Shown piece after piece: positions 8,715 to 19,162 of a DNA stretch of 64,000 nt (its first letter is position 1; the number at the start of each line of letters is the position of its first letter). Source of the DNA: Caulobacteraceae bacterium (GTDB taxonomy: Bacteria > Pseudomonadota > Alphaproteobacteria > Caulobacterales > Caulobacteraceae); NCBI GenBank assembly GCA_965284385.1, contig OZ260077.1:288329-352328 (forward strand), given 5' to 3'. Under the pieces are notes generated by a model that did no database searches, was not told the origin of the DNA, and saw only the letters and a list, made by a program, of their open reading frames with translations. A program made the translations under genes and the position numbers.

Positions 8715-8744
8715 GGCTCGCCTCGCCCCGCCCTTTCCTCGCCC
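8715..8744 (-). repeat. 30-nt purine-rich upstream element, copy 2
   Basis: Sense strand GGGCGAGGAAAGGGCGGGGCGAGGCGAGCC. A perfect 13-bp hairpin lies nearby at 8772-8800. Confidence 0.65.
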
Positions 8745-8819
8745 TTTCCCACGCCAGGGATTCGCACGACTACGCCGCCCCGGCTGAGCCGGGGCGGCGT
8801 CCGTCAGGAAGACTGGCGG

Positions 8820-10862
8820 TCAGGCGGCGGCGGGATCGAGCGCGGCCTCACCGGCCGGGGTGACGGCGAACGCCCCAACCCCGTCGTCGTCGAACGCAGG
8901 GTCTTGCTCGTCGATGGGCCGGTCGTCAGCTTCGTCGGCATCGTCCTGCGGCGAGCCCGCCCAGGACAGGCCGGCCGGCGCCCAGGTCCGCGACGCCGCC
9001 TGTTCGGCGACCCAGTCGACCAGTTCGGCCTTCTTCAGCGACCTGGCGCGGTCGTCTTCGGCCCCCATGGCCTCGAGCATCACCAGCAGCAGCCCCTTGG
9101 AGTGAAGCTGAAGGAAGGGCGCGTCAGGCGTCCAGTGCAGGGTGATGTCCGCCGCGCAGAGCGCGGCCAGTTCAGCCGCTTCCGCGCGGGCGCTGCGCCG
9201 GATCAGGGTCGTGCGTTCCTCGCGGACGTCGAGGCTGATCGCGGTCAGTTCGGCCAGCAGACCCATCTTCTCGCCATGCGGCAGCGCATGAACCCAGGCG
9301 ATGACGGTCTCGCCCGAAGCCTGCCAGGTCGCGCGGCGATCGTCGAGCCGCTGGCGCACCTCTCCGTCCAGGGGTTCGATCACCCGCCCGCCGGCCGGAT
9401 TGAAGCCGGTGGCGAGGATGGCCAGAGCCGAGTCCGGGCGCGCCACATGGGTGCGCAGCACCAGAACGGTGAACAGGCGCGCGATCAGGGCGGTCAGGGC
9501 GGCGCCCGGGTCATCGGCCAGGGCGCGGATCAGTCCCCGCGTCGCGACGTCGGTGCGCACGCCGTGCAGGGCATGGTTGACGCCGTCGATCTCCGGCGCG
9601 GGCGCCGCCACTTCGGGAGGGACATAGGCCGGCGGAGCCGACGCCTGGTCCGGTGGACCGCTCCCGGTCGAACCGTCCTCCTCGATCTCGGGTTCCTCGG
9701 GCGTGTAGCAGCGCACATCGACGCCCGTGCCGGAGGCGGGCCACATAACCATCGTCGTCACCACCCGCCCGCCGCAACCCGTCTGGTCCGCCGTCACCCG
9801 GGCGCGGATCATGGCGATGATGGCGGCGTCCACAGTCTCGGGGTCGCCGGCCTCCGAGAGAGCCCGCCGGGCCGTCTCCGCCCGCTCATTGAACACCTCG
9901 CGCTGGGCCCGGTAACGCGCCATGTCTTCAGCCGGAAGCTGGCCGCCGTAGACATAGCCCAGCGCTTCCAGGTCGTCGGGCAGTTCAGGCTCGGGTCCGG
10001 CGGTGACATGCACCGCGATCCCCTCGGCCTCGAAGACGGCGGCGATGGCGCGCGCCCGTCGGATCCACAGGTCGGTCAGGATGTCGGGATCGAGCAATAC
10101 GGGCGCCAGCTCCCCGAACAGATCCGCCTCGGTGCGGCCGCCGGCTTCTCCATAGCGGACCGAATCCACCAGGGCGCAGCGGCGGTCCCGGGCGGTGACC
10201 CGCCCTTCGTCGAGCCGTTCCGTGATGCGCCAATCCTGAAATCCATGCCCGTCCAGCGCCGCCTCGGCGAGCTCGGCCTGCTCCGCCTTGTCCGGCAGAC
10301 GGGCCAGCAGCCGGGCCTGTTTGAGGGTCATGCGCCCGGCCTTGAGGGCCGCGAGGGCGACCGGCGGCAGCCCGGCCAGGGCGGCCAGGCGTTTGACGTC
10401 GATCTCGGCGTAACCGAGAGCCCGGGAGATCACGGACACCGTCAGCCTGGATTTCAGCATCCGGCCGATGGCGGCGATGATATCGGCGACATGGACGGGC
10501 ACGGCCGTGTTGGTCAACAGGACGGCCGCCGCCTGGCGAGCCGGATCGGTCTCGACATAGACCGTGACCGGGTAGGTCTCGTCGATCTCCCCCGCGTCCA
10601 GCAGCAAGCCCAGGGCCAGGCGACGACGGCGGCCGTCCAATGCCATCCAGGGCTCCTCTTTTCTGCCGCGGCCGGGGCGGACGGTGAGGCGCTGCAGCTG
10701 GCCGGCGGCCTTCATCGTGGCGGCCAAGGTCGGGATGTCGTCATCCGGCGGCTCATTGAATCGCAGATTCTCGCGGGCGATGCCGATGTCGCCGAGGCGG
10801 ACGGTGCGTTCGTCGCGCGCGACGACGACCGCGGGCATGCTGACAGGAACAAGGTCGGTCAT
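8820..10862 (-). CDS. parB: ParB/Spo0J-family protein (long mobile-element type)
   Basis: N-terminal ParB domain ([17 protein letters not shown]...[10 protein letters not shown]) followed by an HTH. Start re-called to MTDLVPV. Confidence 0.85.
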   Translation of the reverse strand: MTDLVPVSMPAVVVARDERTVRLGDIGIARENLRFNEPPDDDIPTLAATMKAAGQLQRLTVRPGRGRKEEPWMALDGRRRRLALGLLLDAGEIDETYPVTVYVETDPARQAAAVLLTNTAVPVHVADIIAAIGRMLKSRLTVSVISRALGYAEIDVKRLAALAGLPPVALAALKAGRMTLKQARLLARLPDKAEQAELAEAALDGHGFQDWRITERLDEGRVTARDRRCALVDSVRYGEAGGRTEADLFGELAPVLLDPDILTDLWIRRARAIAAVFEAEGIAVHVTAGPEPELPDDLEALGYVYGGQLPAEDMARYRAQREVFNERAETARRALSEAGDPETVDAAIIAMIRARVTADQTGCGGRVVTTMVMWPASGTGVDVRCYTPEEPEIEEDGSTGSGPPDQASAPPAYVPPEVAAPAPEIDGVNHALHGVRTDVATRGLIRALADDPGAALTALIARLFTVLVLRTHVARPDSALAILATGFNPAGGRVIEPLDGEVRQRLDDRRATWQASGETVIAWVHALPHGEKMGLLAELTAISLDVREERTTLIRRSARAEAAELAALCAADITLHWTPDAPFLQLHSKGLLLVMLEAMGAEDDRARSLKKAELVDWVAEQAASRTWAPAGLSWAGSPQDDADEADDRPIDEQDPAFDDDGVGAFAVTPAGEAALDPAAA

Positions 10863-10913
10863 GGGGACTCTCCTGCCGGGCATCGGGGCCCATCCCCGCC
10901 GCTCCGGCGCCCA

Positions 10914-11816
10914 TCAAGACCCTCGCTCCTCTCCTTTCGCCGCGGCGACGGCCACCTCGTTCCAGTCGCCGAACGGCGGGTCTGGAAGGACGATACGGAC
11001 CTCCAGACCGCCGGGCACGAGGCGGCGTCGAAGCCGCGCCGCGCAGCCCTCGCCCGCGGCTCCCCGGTCGGCGGCGATCAGCACGCGGCGCACCCGCGCG
11101 GGCGGCGTCCAGGCCGCGAGGTTGTTCGCCGCCATCAGGGCCCAACCCGGAAGTTGGAAGCGGTCCATGGCGCACAGGGTCGTGACAACGCCTTCCCCGA
11201 CCAGCATCTCCGCAGCCGCCGAAGCCAGACGAACGGCGGCGCCGGCCGGAACCAGACCGACCGTCTTTCGCGTCAGTCGCAGGCCCGAGGCGAGACGCCC
11301 GTTCCGGTCCAGATAGGTCAGCTCCACCGCCGTCAGCCGGTCCTCTCTGTCGCTGATCCGCGCGATCAGGGCGGGGCGACCCCGGCCACGCGGCCGGTAG
11401 ACGGAGATCGGCGCTTCCGGATGGAACCTGAGGTTCGACGCGGCGGCGACGGCTTGAACGGCGCGCCGATGCAGGTAGCGATCGGCGGGGCCGCCGCCAT
11501 CCAGCCCCCGACAACCGGCCCAGAGATCCGAGGCCGTCTGGAGACGAAGACGGGGATCGGGCCTTGGGACCGGCGGACCCGGCGGCCCACCGCCGGTCAA
11601 TCGGCCAGCATCGTCGATGAAGCCCCGGTCGTGCAACTGATCGCGGACGGTCCTCCAGTCCGACCCGCCGAAGCCGTGAATGACGACCCGGTTGTCGGTC
11701 AGCAGCAGCGAGACCGAACGATCCTGCGCGCTATGGCCGGGCGCGGGGACATTGGCGCGCCGTCCGCCGGAATAGAGATCGCCGCCCAGGGCGGCGACGA
11801 TGCGATGCAAGGTCAT
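10914..11816 (-). CDS. DUF7146/Toprim domain protein
   Basis: PAPGHSAQDRS N-terminus; VGEGVVTTL and LIAADRGAAG...DWNE Toprim motifs. Confidence 0.8.
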   Translation of the reverse strand: MTLHRIVAALGGDLYSGGRRANVPAPGHSAQDRSVSLLLTDNRVVIHGFGGSDWRTVRDQLHDRGFIDDAGRLTGGGPPGPPVPRPDPRLRLQTASDLWAGCRGLDGGGPADRYLHRRAVQAVAAASNLRFHPEAPISVYRPRGRGRPALIARISDREDRLTAVELTYLDRNGRLASGLRLTRKTVGLVPAGAAVRLASAAAEMLVGEGVVTTLCAMDRFQLPGWALMAANNLAAWTPPARVRRVLIAADRGAAGEGCAARLRRRLVPGGLEVRIVLPDPPFGDWNEVAVAAAKGEERGS

Positions 11817-11823
11817 GGCCGCC

Positions 11824-12522
11824 TCAGATCAGGCCGAGGGCCTTGAAGCTGGCCGTGCCTTCCCGGCCGACGACGAGGTGGTCATGGACCTGCAGATTGA
11901 AGACCCGCGCCGCCTCGACGATCTGTCGCGTCATCTGGATATCGGCCTGCGACGGCGTCGGGTCGCCGGAGGGATGATTGTGGACCAGGATCAGGGCCGA
12001 CGCCGAAAGTTCAAGCGCCCGGCGAATGATCTCGCGCGGATAGACAGGGGCATGGTCAACTGTCCCGTCGGCGACGAGTTCGTCCCGCATCAGCTGGTTC
12101 CTGCGATCCAGAAACAAGGTCCTGAACTGCTCGCGCGGCTCGTGAGCGAGCGCCGCCCGCACATAGGCCACCAGCGCGGTCCAGGACGTGATGACCGGGC
12201 GGCGGCTGGCTTCGGCGCGCGCAAGACGGACCGCGAACTCGCGCAGAAGCGTCAGCTCGGCCCGGAGGACGGCCCCCACGCTGGACGCCTGGGCCAGATC
12301 GCCGGGCGCCGCGCCGGCGACGCCGCCGAGGCTCCCAAACTGTTCGAGCAAGGCGGCGGCGAGCCGCGCAGAATCCGTCTCCGGATCCATCCGCTCCAGT
12401 ATCAGAGTCAGCAAGGTCTGATCGTCCAGCGCCGCAGGGACGAGGGTCGGCGACGCGGGACGGCGCCCGCGTGGTTCGGGGGCCGGCGCCCGGATCAGGG
12501 TCGGGGTCGGGGTCGGTCTCAT
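11824..12522 (-). CDS. radC: RadC/JAB-domain protein
   Basis: EQFRTLFLD...GTVDHAPVYPREI...HNHPSGDPTPSQAD...HDHLVVG. Start re-called to MRPTPTP. Confidence 0.92.
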   Translation of the reverse strand: MRPTPTPTLIRAPAPEPRGRRPASPTLVPAALDDQTLLTLILERMDPETDSARLAAALLEQFGSLGGVAGAAPGDLAQASSVGAVLRAELTLLREFAVRLARAEASRRPVITSWTALVAYVRAALAHEPREQFRTLFLDRRNQLMRDELVADGTVDHAPVYPREIIRRALELSASALILVHNHPSGDPTPSQADIQMTRQIVEAARVFNLQVHDHLVVGREGTASFKALGLI

Positions 12523-12625
12523 GGCGGTCTCCTTCTCCGCTCCACCACGGAGCGCCCGCCGTCCGGCCTTCCTTTCTCTCCACGCCGGGCTTGTCCCCGA
12601 CCCGGCGTCGCGCCACCCTGGGCCG

Positions 12626-13033
12626 ATGAAATGGCTTCTGATCACCGCCGGACTCCTGCTGGCGCCGGCCGTCGCCCGGGCCGATCCGTGCGAGGGCCGG
12701 CTGCCCGCTCGCGCCGGGGAAGCCTTTGAGGGGATCGTGCGCTACGTCGGCGACGGCGACAGTCTGTGCGTGGGTGACGCCGTCGACCCGGCCGCCTGGA
12801 TCGAGGTGCGCCTTTCGGACTTCGACGCCCCCGAACTGCACAGCGCCACCGGCCGCGCGGACCGTGACCGCCTGGCTCGCCTCGTCGCCCGCCGCCGGCT
12901 CGATTGCGTCGCGGTTCGGGGCCGGAACGGCCGGGTCATCGTCCACGACCGCGTGATCGCCTCCTGCAGGCTGAACGGACGTCGGGTCGGCGACCTCCTC
13001 CGCGCCGCCGGGGGCCGGGAGGGTGGAAACTAA
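12626..13033 (+). CDS. Secreted thermonuclease (SNase-like) protein
   Basis: Signal peptide MKWLLITAGLLLAPAVARA; VGDGDSL and VRLSDFDAPE motifs. Confidence 0.75.
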   Translation: MKWLLITAGLLLAPAVARADPCEGRLPARAGEAFEGIVRYVGDGDSLCVGDAVDPAAWIEVRLSDFDAPELHSATGRADRDRLARLVARRRLDCVAVRGRNGRVIVHDRVIASCRLNGRRVGDLLRAAGGREGGN

Positions 13034-13164
13034 GGCCCCGATCTCCGGTCGCCCTGAGGGACCGTTCCGCGGATAGACAACCTGTCGAACCCGGGTGGCG
13101 CGGCGTGGAGCAGCTCCCGCCTCACCGCGTGGGTGGTCAGGAAAGGCCGGGCTGATGCGTGGGC

Positions 13165-13470
13165 TGCGCCACATCACGCCAAGCCGTCAGTCGTGAACAT
13201 CTCCGGCTCAATTGGCTGATTGTGCAGAGGCCGGGCTCTGCTTCGATGCGGCCTCTGTGTGGCGCCGGTGCTGGACAACGAGGTCGAGGAAATCACCCTC
13301 ATCGTCCACGACCCGCTGCAGGTGCATGCGTCTGCTCACGATCCAGCAGACCAACTCGTCGAGATGCCAGCGGGGCGACGGCGCGGGCCGTCGGCGCTTC
13401 AAGCGGCCGGGCGATCAGAGGCCCTTCACTCGGCGCATGACGGCGGTCGCCGGCAAATTGCGCCAATCCG
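13165..13470 (-). pseudogene. IS6-family transposase remnant
   Basis: KRRRPAPSPRWHLDELV...VDDEGDFLDLVVQHRRH resembles the IS6 DDE core. It is frameshifted and truncated; no terminal IRs seen. Confidence 0.7.
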
Positions 13471-13534
13471 GCTCCGTCCCGGATCTCAAGCCGCGGACGG
13501 AGCCGGATTGGCGCGCCGGATCGCCGTTCTCAGC

Positions 13535-14119
13535 TCAGGCCTTCGCCTCGGCCGGCGCGTGATGGTGCCGCTGTTGGGCCGCGTGACCTTCATGGCCGGC
13601 GCAGGTGCCATGATGAACCTGCAAGTCGCTGGGCGCGGCTGACTTCAGCAACACCTGAACGCGCTTGATCTCTTCCGGCGCGCCGTGGGCCAGGACCAGG
13701 AATTTGTCCGCCTTGACTGCTTCCTGGTAGCGGATAACCGAGTCCTTCGGGATGCCGATGCCAGCCAGGGCGCCTGCGAGAGCGCTTACGCCGCCGACCA
13801 GTAGCGCGCCCTCGACGGCGCCCAGGAGCATGGCGGCGAGATGCCCCAGCACGACCACGGGACCGATCAGCGGCACTGTCATGAAAATGCCGCCCACGAA
13901 GAGGCCCCATAGGCCGCCCCAGAAAGCGCCGTTCGTGCCCCAGAGCTTGATTCGATCGCCGACGTTGTAGAAGCCGATCACCTTCTCGTCGCTGTGATAG
14001 CCTTTACCGATGATGGTGAGCTGCCGAACTGGAAAGTCCGAGCGGCCGATTTCACGGACCGCTTCCTCGGCTTCGGCATGGTTGTCAAACACCGCGACAA
14101 CAACATTTTCTTCGCTCAT
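13535..14119 (-). CDS. DUF1269/general-stress-type membrane protein
   Basis: VVAVFDNHAEAEEAV...GYHSDEKVIGFYNVGDRIKLWG..GAFWGGLWG glycine-zipper pattern. Confidence 0.65.
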   Translation of the reverse strand: MSEENVVVAVFDNHAEAEEAVREIGRSDFPVRQLTIIGKGYHSDEKVIGFYNVGDRIKLWGTNGAFWGGLWGLFVGGIFMTVPLIGPVVVLGHLAAMLLGAVEGALLVGGVSALAGALAGIGIPKDSVIRYQEAVKADKFLVLAHGAPEEIKRVQVLLKSAAPSDLQVHHGTCAGHEGHAAQQRHHHAPAEAKA

Positions 14120-14215
14120 GGCTCCGCCCTTTGATCTTGCTGTCCGACCCTCTTGGTCCTGACCGGGACAAGACGCGCACGGTCCGGCGGCATTACATGA
14201 TCCCGGCCAGTCAGC

Positions 14216-15436
14216 TTAGACAAGCAACCGGCGCTCCTCGTCGATCATGTAGTCACGCGTGGGCGGGGAAGCCTTGATGCTTCGCGTGAGCTGAATCTGG
14301 AACACCGTCATATTGCCGCCCCTGAACGCCGCCTCGCAGGCTGCAAGGTAAAACTCCCACATCCGACAGAAGCGCTCGTCGTAAATCTCGGCCGCGCGGG
14401 CCCGATGAGCCCGAAACCGCTCGGACCAGCACCGAAGGGTCTCGGCGTAGTGGAGCGGCAGGAGTTCCACATCAGTCACGCGGAGCCCGCTAGGTTCGAT
14501 CGCGGTGAACACTTCCGACAATGCCGGGCAGTAACCGCCGGGAAAGATATATTTTTCGATCCACGGGTCACAACCCGACGGCGGACCCGTTCTGCCGATC
14601 GCGTGGATGACGGCGAGCCCGTCCGGCGCCAGCAATCGATGTACGATATTGAAGAACTCTCCAAAGTGCGTCGGGCCGACATGTTCAAACATCCCGACCG
14701 ACACGATCCGGTCGTAGACCCCGGTCTCATGACGGTAGTCGCGAAGGTGAAACCGCACGTGCGGCTCCAGACCGCCGTCCGCCACACGGGCGGTGGCGAC
14801 CTTGAACTGTTCCTGTGAGAGCGTCAGACCATCGACTTCGACGCCGTGCCGGCTCGCCAGCTCAAGCGCCAAGCCACCCCAGCCACTTCCTATATCGAGC
14901 ACGCGGGCGCCGGTCTCCAGACGCAGCTTCGCGGCGATGTGACGCTTCTTCTTGGCCTGGGCCAGTTCAAGACTTTCGTCCCCATCCTGGAAATAGGCGC
15001 AGGAGTACTGCAGGTCGGGGTCGAGGAAGAGGCGATAGAGTTCCTCGGAAAGGTCATAGTGGTGCGCGACATTGGCGCGAGCCCGTTCGACCGGGTTGGG
15101 CCGTTGGGGCTTCTGGGACGGGCTGGCGAAATCACTGGCGATGGAAGCCCCCATCATCAGGAAGTCGCGCAGCGAACCCTGTTCCAGGACAAGCGTGCCG
15201 TCCATGTAGGCTTCACCCACGCCCAGCATGGGGTCGGCCAGTACGCGCCCCGGGATTCGGGGATCCGTGAGCCGGATGCTCGCCGTTGGCGTGTCGTCCG
15301 GGCCGAAGACATGCCGCTGTCCCCAGGGATCGACAACCACGAGCGAGCCATGCTGTACGGCACGCCCAAGCGCCGTGGCGAGAAGGTGGAATGCGGTGCG
15401 GTCGGGCAGAATTGACCGGAGGGCTTCCTTGATCAT
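14216..15436 (-). CDS. cfa: Cyclopropane-fatty-acyl-phospholipid synthase family
   Basis: NVAHHYDLS, YSCAYF, VLDIGSGWGG, SVGMFEHVG, YIFPGG, WEFYLA. Confidence 0.9.
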   Translation of the reverse strand: MIKEALRSILPDRTAFHLLATALGRAVQHGSLVVVDPWGQRHVFGPDDTPTASIRLTDPRIPGRVLADPMLGVGEAYMDGTLVLEQGSLRDFLMMGASIASDFASPSQKPQRPNPVERARANVAHHYDLSEELYRLFLDPDLQYSCAYFQDGDESLELAQAKKKRHIAAKLRLETGARVLDIGSGWGGLALELASRHGVEVDGLTLSQEQFKVATARVADGGLEPHVRFHLRDYRHETGVYDRIVSVGMFEHVGPTHFGEFFNIVHRLLAPDGLAVIHAIGRTGPPSGCDPWIEKYIFPGGYCPALSEVFTAIEPSGLRVTDVELLPLHYAETLRCWSERFRAHRARAAEIYDERFCRMWEFYLAACEAAFRGGNMTVFQIQLTRSIKASPPTRDYMIDEERRLLV

Positions 15437-15654
15437 CAGGCTCACCGTGGTGGAGAGGGGGCGCACGGTGAGACGCCGGAGTCTGGGGGACATTACAGGC
15501 AACGCGGTTTGCGAACCAAACCCAACGTCCAACGCTTGCCTTGCTCTTTGGGGCTCAGGGGCACGCCGCCCCGACATGTAATGGAAGGGCCGCCGGGGCG
15601 TCCCTTGTAATGATTGGAGCGTTCCTCCCAGTCGTTCCGTGAGCGGAGGGTCTC

Positions 15655-16434
15655 GTGTCTACGCTACGTTCACTCGCGTTTGGCGGTCTGTGGGGACTCT
15701 GGACCGCGCTTTTTGGTCTGGCGATCCCGCTCGTATCGATCGCCGGGTCCCCGCCGGCGGCGGTGCGAACCCTGTCGCGGGTCTGGGCCCGCGGCGTGCT
15801 GGCCCTGCTGGCTGGCGTCGTCGGATTGCGGCATCGGGAGCGGGGCCGGGAGCACGTTCATCCTATGCCGGGTCTGATTGTCTCCAACCATCAATCGACC
15901 TGGGAAACCTTGGCGGCCCTCATCCTGTTTCCTGATGTTGCGATTGTGGCCAAGCGCGAACTCCTGCGTATCCCGGTGATGGGCTGGTACCTGAGGCACT
16001 CGCCGATGATCCTGATCGATCGGGCATCGGCGGCCGCCTCCCTCCGGGAGATGACATTGCAAAGTCGGGCGGCCCTGGCGCTCGGACGCCCCGTGCTGAT
16101 CTTTCCGGAAGGCACCCGCAGGGCGGTCGGCGAACCGATCGAGTTCCGGCGTGGTGTGGAGTTTCTCTACAAGGCGCTCGGCGTCCCGGTCCTCCCTGTT
16201 GTCCTGGATTCGGGGCGCTTCTGGGGTCTCGGCGGCCTTCCCGAACGGTCAGGGGTAATCACCCTGTCGCTCCTGGAGCCGATCAACCCCGGCCTCAGCG
16301 CAAAGGATTTCACCCGGACGGCGCAAGCCGCCATGCAAGCCGAGGTCGGTGCGATCGAGAAGCGGCGGGTGGCGGCGCCCGGCTTGTCGGCGGGTTGGCT
16401 CGCATCTCCTCAAATGCCGGAGCTCCGTCCATGA
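15655..16434 (+). CDS. plsC: 1-acyl-sn-glycerol-3-phosphate acyltransferase family
   Basis: NHQSTWET and LIFPEGTR motifs; GTG start with GGAGG RBS. Confidence 0.85.
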   Translation: MSTLRSLAFGGLWGLWTALFGLAIPLVSIAGSPPAAVRTLSRVWARGVLALLAGVVGLRHRERGREHVHPMPGLIVSNHQSTWETLAALILFPDVAIVAKRELLRIPVMGWYLRHSPMILIDRASAAASLREMTLQSRAALALGRPVLIFPEGTRRAVGEPIEFRRGVEFLYKALGVPVLPVVLDSGRFWGLGGLPERSGVITLSLLEPINPGLSAKDFTRTAQAAMQAEVGAIEKRRVAAPGLSAGWLASPQMPELRP

Positions 16435-17537
16435 AGATCGCCCAGGTCACGCCGCTGTACGAAGCCGTGCCACCCAGGCTGTATGGCGGCACCGAGCGGG
16501 TCGTCGCCCACCTGACCGACGCTCTGGTAGATCTGGGCCACGACGTCACCCTGTTCGCCTCGGCCGACGCCGAGACGCGCGCGCGGCTCATCCCCGTACG
16601 CGATCAGGCGATCCGGCTGGATCCGGCGCCGTTCAAGTCGGACCTGGCCGCACACATGGTCATGCTGTCGGAGGTGCTGAAGCGCGCCGACGACTTCGAC
16701 GTCATCCACTTCCACACCGACATGATCCAGTTCCCGATGTTCGAGCGGTACGCCGATCGGACCCTCACCACCCTGCACGGGCGCCTGGACATGAAGGATA
16801 TCGGCGGCGTCTACGAGCGCTGGCCGCAGTTCGGCCTCGTCTCGATCTCGGACGACCAGCGACGCCCCCTGCCCTTCGCCAACTGGAAGGCCACGGTGCA
16901 CCACGGCATGCCGGGCGAGACCTACAAATTCTCGCCGAAGCCGGAGGGCTATCTGGCCTTCCTGGGCCGGATTTCACCCGAGAAGCGGCCGGACCGGGCC
17001 ATCCAGATCGCTACCCGGCTGAACAAGCCACTAAAGATGGCGGCCAAGGTCGACGCGGCCGACAAGGTCTATTGGGAGACCGTCATCAAGCCGATGGTCG
17101 ATGGCAATCCGCTGGTCGAGTTCATCGGCGAGATCGGCGACCACCAGAAGTCGGCCTTCCTTGGCGGGGCCGAGGCCCTGCTGTTCCCCATCGACTGGCC
17201 CGAACCCTTCGGCCTGGTGATGATCGAGGCCATGGCCTGCGGCACGCCGGTCGTCGCCTTCCGCTGTGGTTCGACCCCCGAGGTCATCGAGGACGGCGAG
17301 ACCGGCTACCTCGTCGACACCCTGGAACAGGCCGTCGCGGCTGCCGGCCGGGCGCATCTGCTGGACCGCGCGGCGATCCGCGCCCGGTTCGACCTGCGGT
17401 TCTCGGCCACGGCCATGGCGAGGCGCTATCTGGACGTCTATGGCGACCTGTCGGCGCAACGGCCTTTTGCCGAACAATTGATCGACGGCTACGCGGCGCC
17501 CCGGCACGAACCGTTGAGCTTCGCAGTCCTGGCCTGA
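16431..17537 (+). CDS. Glycosyltransferase family 4
   Basis: MKIAQVTPLYEAVPPRLYGGTERVV; EPFGLVMIEAMACGTPVVA. ATGA overlap with plsC. Confidence 0.9.
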   Translation: MKIAQVTPLYEAVPPRLYGGTERVVAHLTDALVDLGHDVTLFASADAETRARLIPVRDQAIRLDPAPFKSDLAAHMVMLSEVLKRADDFDVIHFHTDMIQFPMFERYADRTLTTLHGRLDMKDIGGVYERWPQFGLVSISDDQRRPLPFANWKATVHHGMPGETYKFSPKPEGYLAFLGRISPEKRPDRAIQIATRLNKPLKMAAKVDAADKVYWETVIKPMVDGNPLVEFIGEIGDHQKSAFLGGAEALLFPIDWPEPFGLVMIEAMACGTPVVAFRCGSTPEVIEDGETGYLVDTLEQAVAAAGRAHLLDRAAIRARFDLRFSATAMARRYLDVYGDLSAQRPFAEQLIDGYAAPRHEPLSFAVLA

Positions 17538-17918
17538 GACAAGCCCGCCAGTATCGCTCTTGCCCGGTCCGGCGCACCGGCCAGAAGACATGACCGGCGC
17601 GCCGGATCATGCGGCTGTGCTGACCTCAGGTGGTCGCCGCCCCCTTCCACGCCCCGGCGCCACCACAGCCTTGGCGGCATGAGCGTCGCGAGCGTGACAC
17701 CCGCGCGGGCAGGTCAGGGGCGAGTTTGTCGCGGGATCCGGCACAGGATCAGTTCGAGGCAGAGGACGGTTCGAAGGACGCGGACGCCGGAGCGCGGCGC
17801 GGACCCCTTCCTTTTCTCACAAAGGCCTGGCTCTTGCTTCAGCCCCAGCCCGCGAATTTCGGGAGTCAGGCGTCGTGAGCGACTGAACGCCTTTCGCGCC
17901 CCCATCCGCAACGCCCTG

Positions 17919-18575
17919 TCAAACAGCGGGCGAGCGAAGCTGTGAGGTCGGAGGTCGCCGAGGGAAGTGCAGCAACACGATGACACTGAGCACTGCCGCG
18001 AAAAAGCACCACACGGAGATCAACCATACGGCGTAAAAAACATAGGCCCCGACGAAGGCCACGAAGGCCGCGAGACCAAACAGCCTGACCCTGGAGTGGC
18101 TCGAAAAAAGCATGCTGACGCAAGTGCTGAGCACGTACAGCAACATTACAGCGGCGGCATAGAAGTGTGGGGACACGTAGGCGATGTGCGCGCCCTGCAC
18201 CTTCGAAACGATCGGCAAGTTCACGATGAAATACAGGAGGTAGAGGCCTACCGCGGCCCCGACGAACGCAATGGCGAGCAACACCCGGCGACGCCACGGT
18301 ATGGGCTCAAGCAGCAGAACCGCGATCGGAACATAGACCGGCCAAAGCACGTGCGAGAAAACCGAATAGGCGACCGTCAGAACTGTGTTCAACAGCGGCG
18401 CCTTGTCGGGAAACGTCAGCCAGATGGCTCCCTCGATCAGCTGTTGAATGCCGAACAAGACCGGAATCAAAGCAAAGGGCAGTTCAGCGCGCCGCCGTGC
18501 GCGCCGAACCGTCACCGTGCCGATGATCAGCAGCGCGGCGCCTGCTGAGAAACTGGCCGTGGCTGAAAAACACAT
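17919..18575 (-). CDS. DUF6629-like multi-pass membrane protein
   Basis: MCFSATASF start, QQLIEG, SVWCFFAA; several transmembrane segments. Confidence 0.7.
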   Translation of the reverse strand: MCFSATASFSAGAALLIIGTVTVRRARRRAELPFALIPVLFGIQQLIEGAIWLTFPDKAPLLNTVLTVAYSVFSHVLWPVYVPIAVLLLEPIPWRRRVLLAIAFVGAAVGLYLLYFIVNLPIVSKVQGAHIAYVSPHFYAAAVMLLYVLSTCVSMLFSSHSRVRLFGLAAFVAFVGAYVFYAVWLISVWCFFAAVLSVIVLLHFPRRPPTSQLRSPAV

Positions 18576-18913
18576 GCGTGTTCAATCCCAAACGCTCGAC
18601 AGTCTCGGGGACGGGTTGGCCGGACTATATCCCGCCGGCCAATAAAGTCCCGAGCCAAAAAGCCGGCGGTGATCAATCTCAAACGACACGGGTCCGGTCA
18701 GACACCCAGAGACGCGATCTGTCCGTGCGAAACCGTCCTGACCCCGAGACTTCAAAAGCGGCGGCGCCCGAAGCGCTCCCGGCGTGATCCGCCCCTGTTC
18801 TGTAAGGAGCCTGGATCGGCCGCGTCATAGGTTTCATCGGAGCGATCCTGACAAGACTTCGGCCATGCCGGAGATCGGACCGAACGCTCCACCGAAAGAT
18901 CCAGGAAAGACCG

Positions 18914-19102
18914 ATGAATTGGGTGGTGGACAACTGGCCTTGGCTCCTGTTCGGGGCAGCCTTCATAGGGCTGCACCTTGTGGGGCATGGCGGTCATGGC
19001 GGGCACGGCGGGCACGGCGGTCGTGGGTCGCGCCGAGCCGAGGAGGACAGCGATGGCGGCGTTTCGCGAGAGGACGACCGAAAACCGCCCCATGTCCACT
19101 GA
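18914..19102 (+). CDS. DUF2933-like small His/Gly-rich membrane protein
   Basis: WPWLLFGAAFIGLHLVGHGGHGGHGGHGG. Confidence 0.7.
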   Translation: MNWVVDNWPWLLFGAAFIGLHLVGHGGHGGHGGHGGRGSRRAEEDSDGGVSREDDRKPPHVH

Positions 19103-19162
19103 GCGGGATCGGGCCCGGGCCCGGGCCCGGCCAAGTTGCAGAACCATCGAAGGAAACGCCGC

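Larger units (their letters stand above)
1..13033. mobile_element. Conjugative element backbone (ICE or plasmid): relaxase, oriT and leading-region genes
   Basis: Co-occurrence of MOB_P relaxase, SSB x2, MTase-strawberry-notch helicase, ParB, Toprim, RadC, DUF2493 and thermonuclease. T4SS, integrase and att sites are not in the window, so ICE vs plasmid is unresolved. Confidence 0.85.

Noticed and set aside
8520-11846. 1108-aa plus-strand ORF, and similar long ORFs (10-963, 4724-7156, 30133-32637, 50811-52529, 59567-61186)
   Set aside because: They are antisense shadows of well-supported genes in GC-rich DNA and carry no recognisable motifs.
12495-12520. Short GGGGTC repeats at the radC N-terminus and GHG repeats in DUF2933
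   Set aside because: These are low-complexity coding repeats (PTPTPT, GHGGHG), not arrays.
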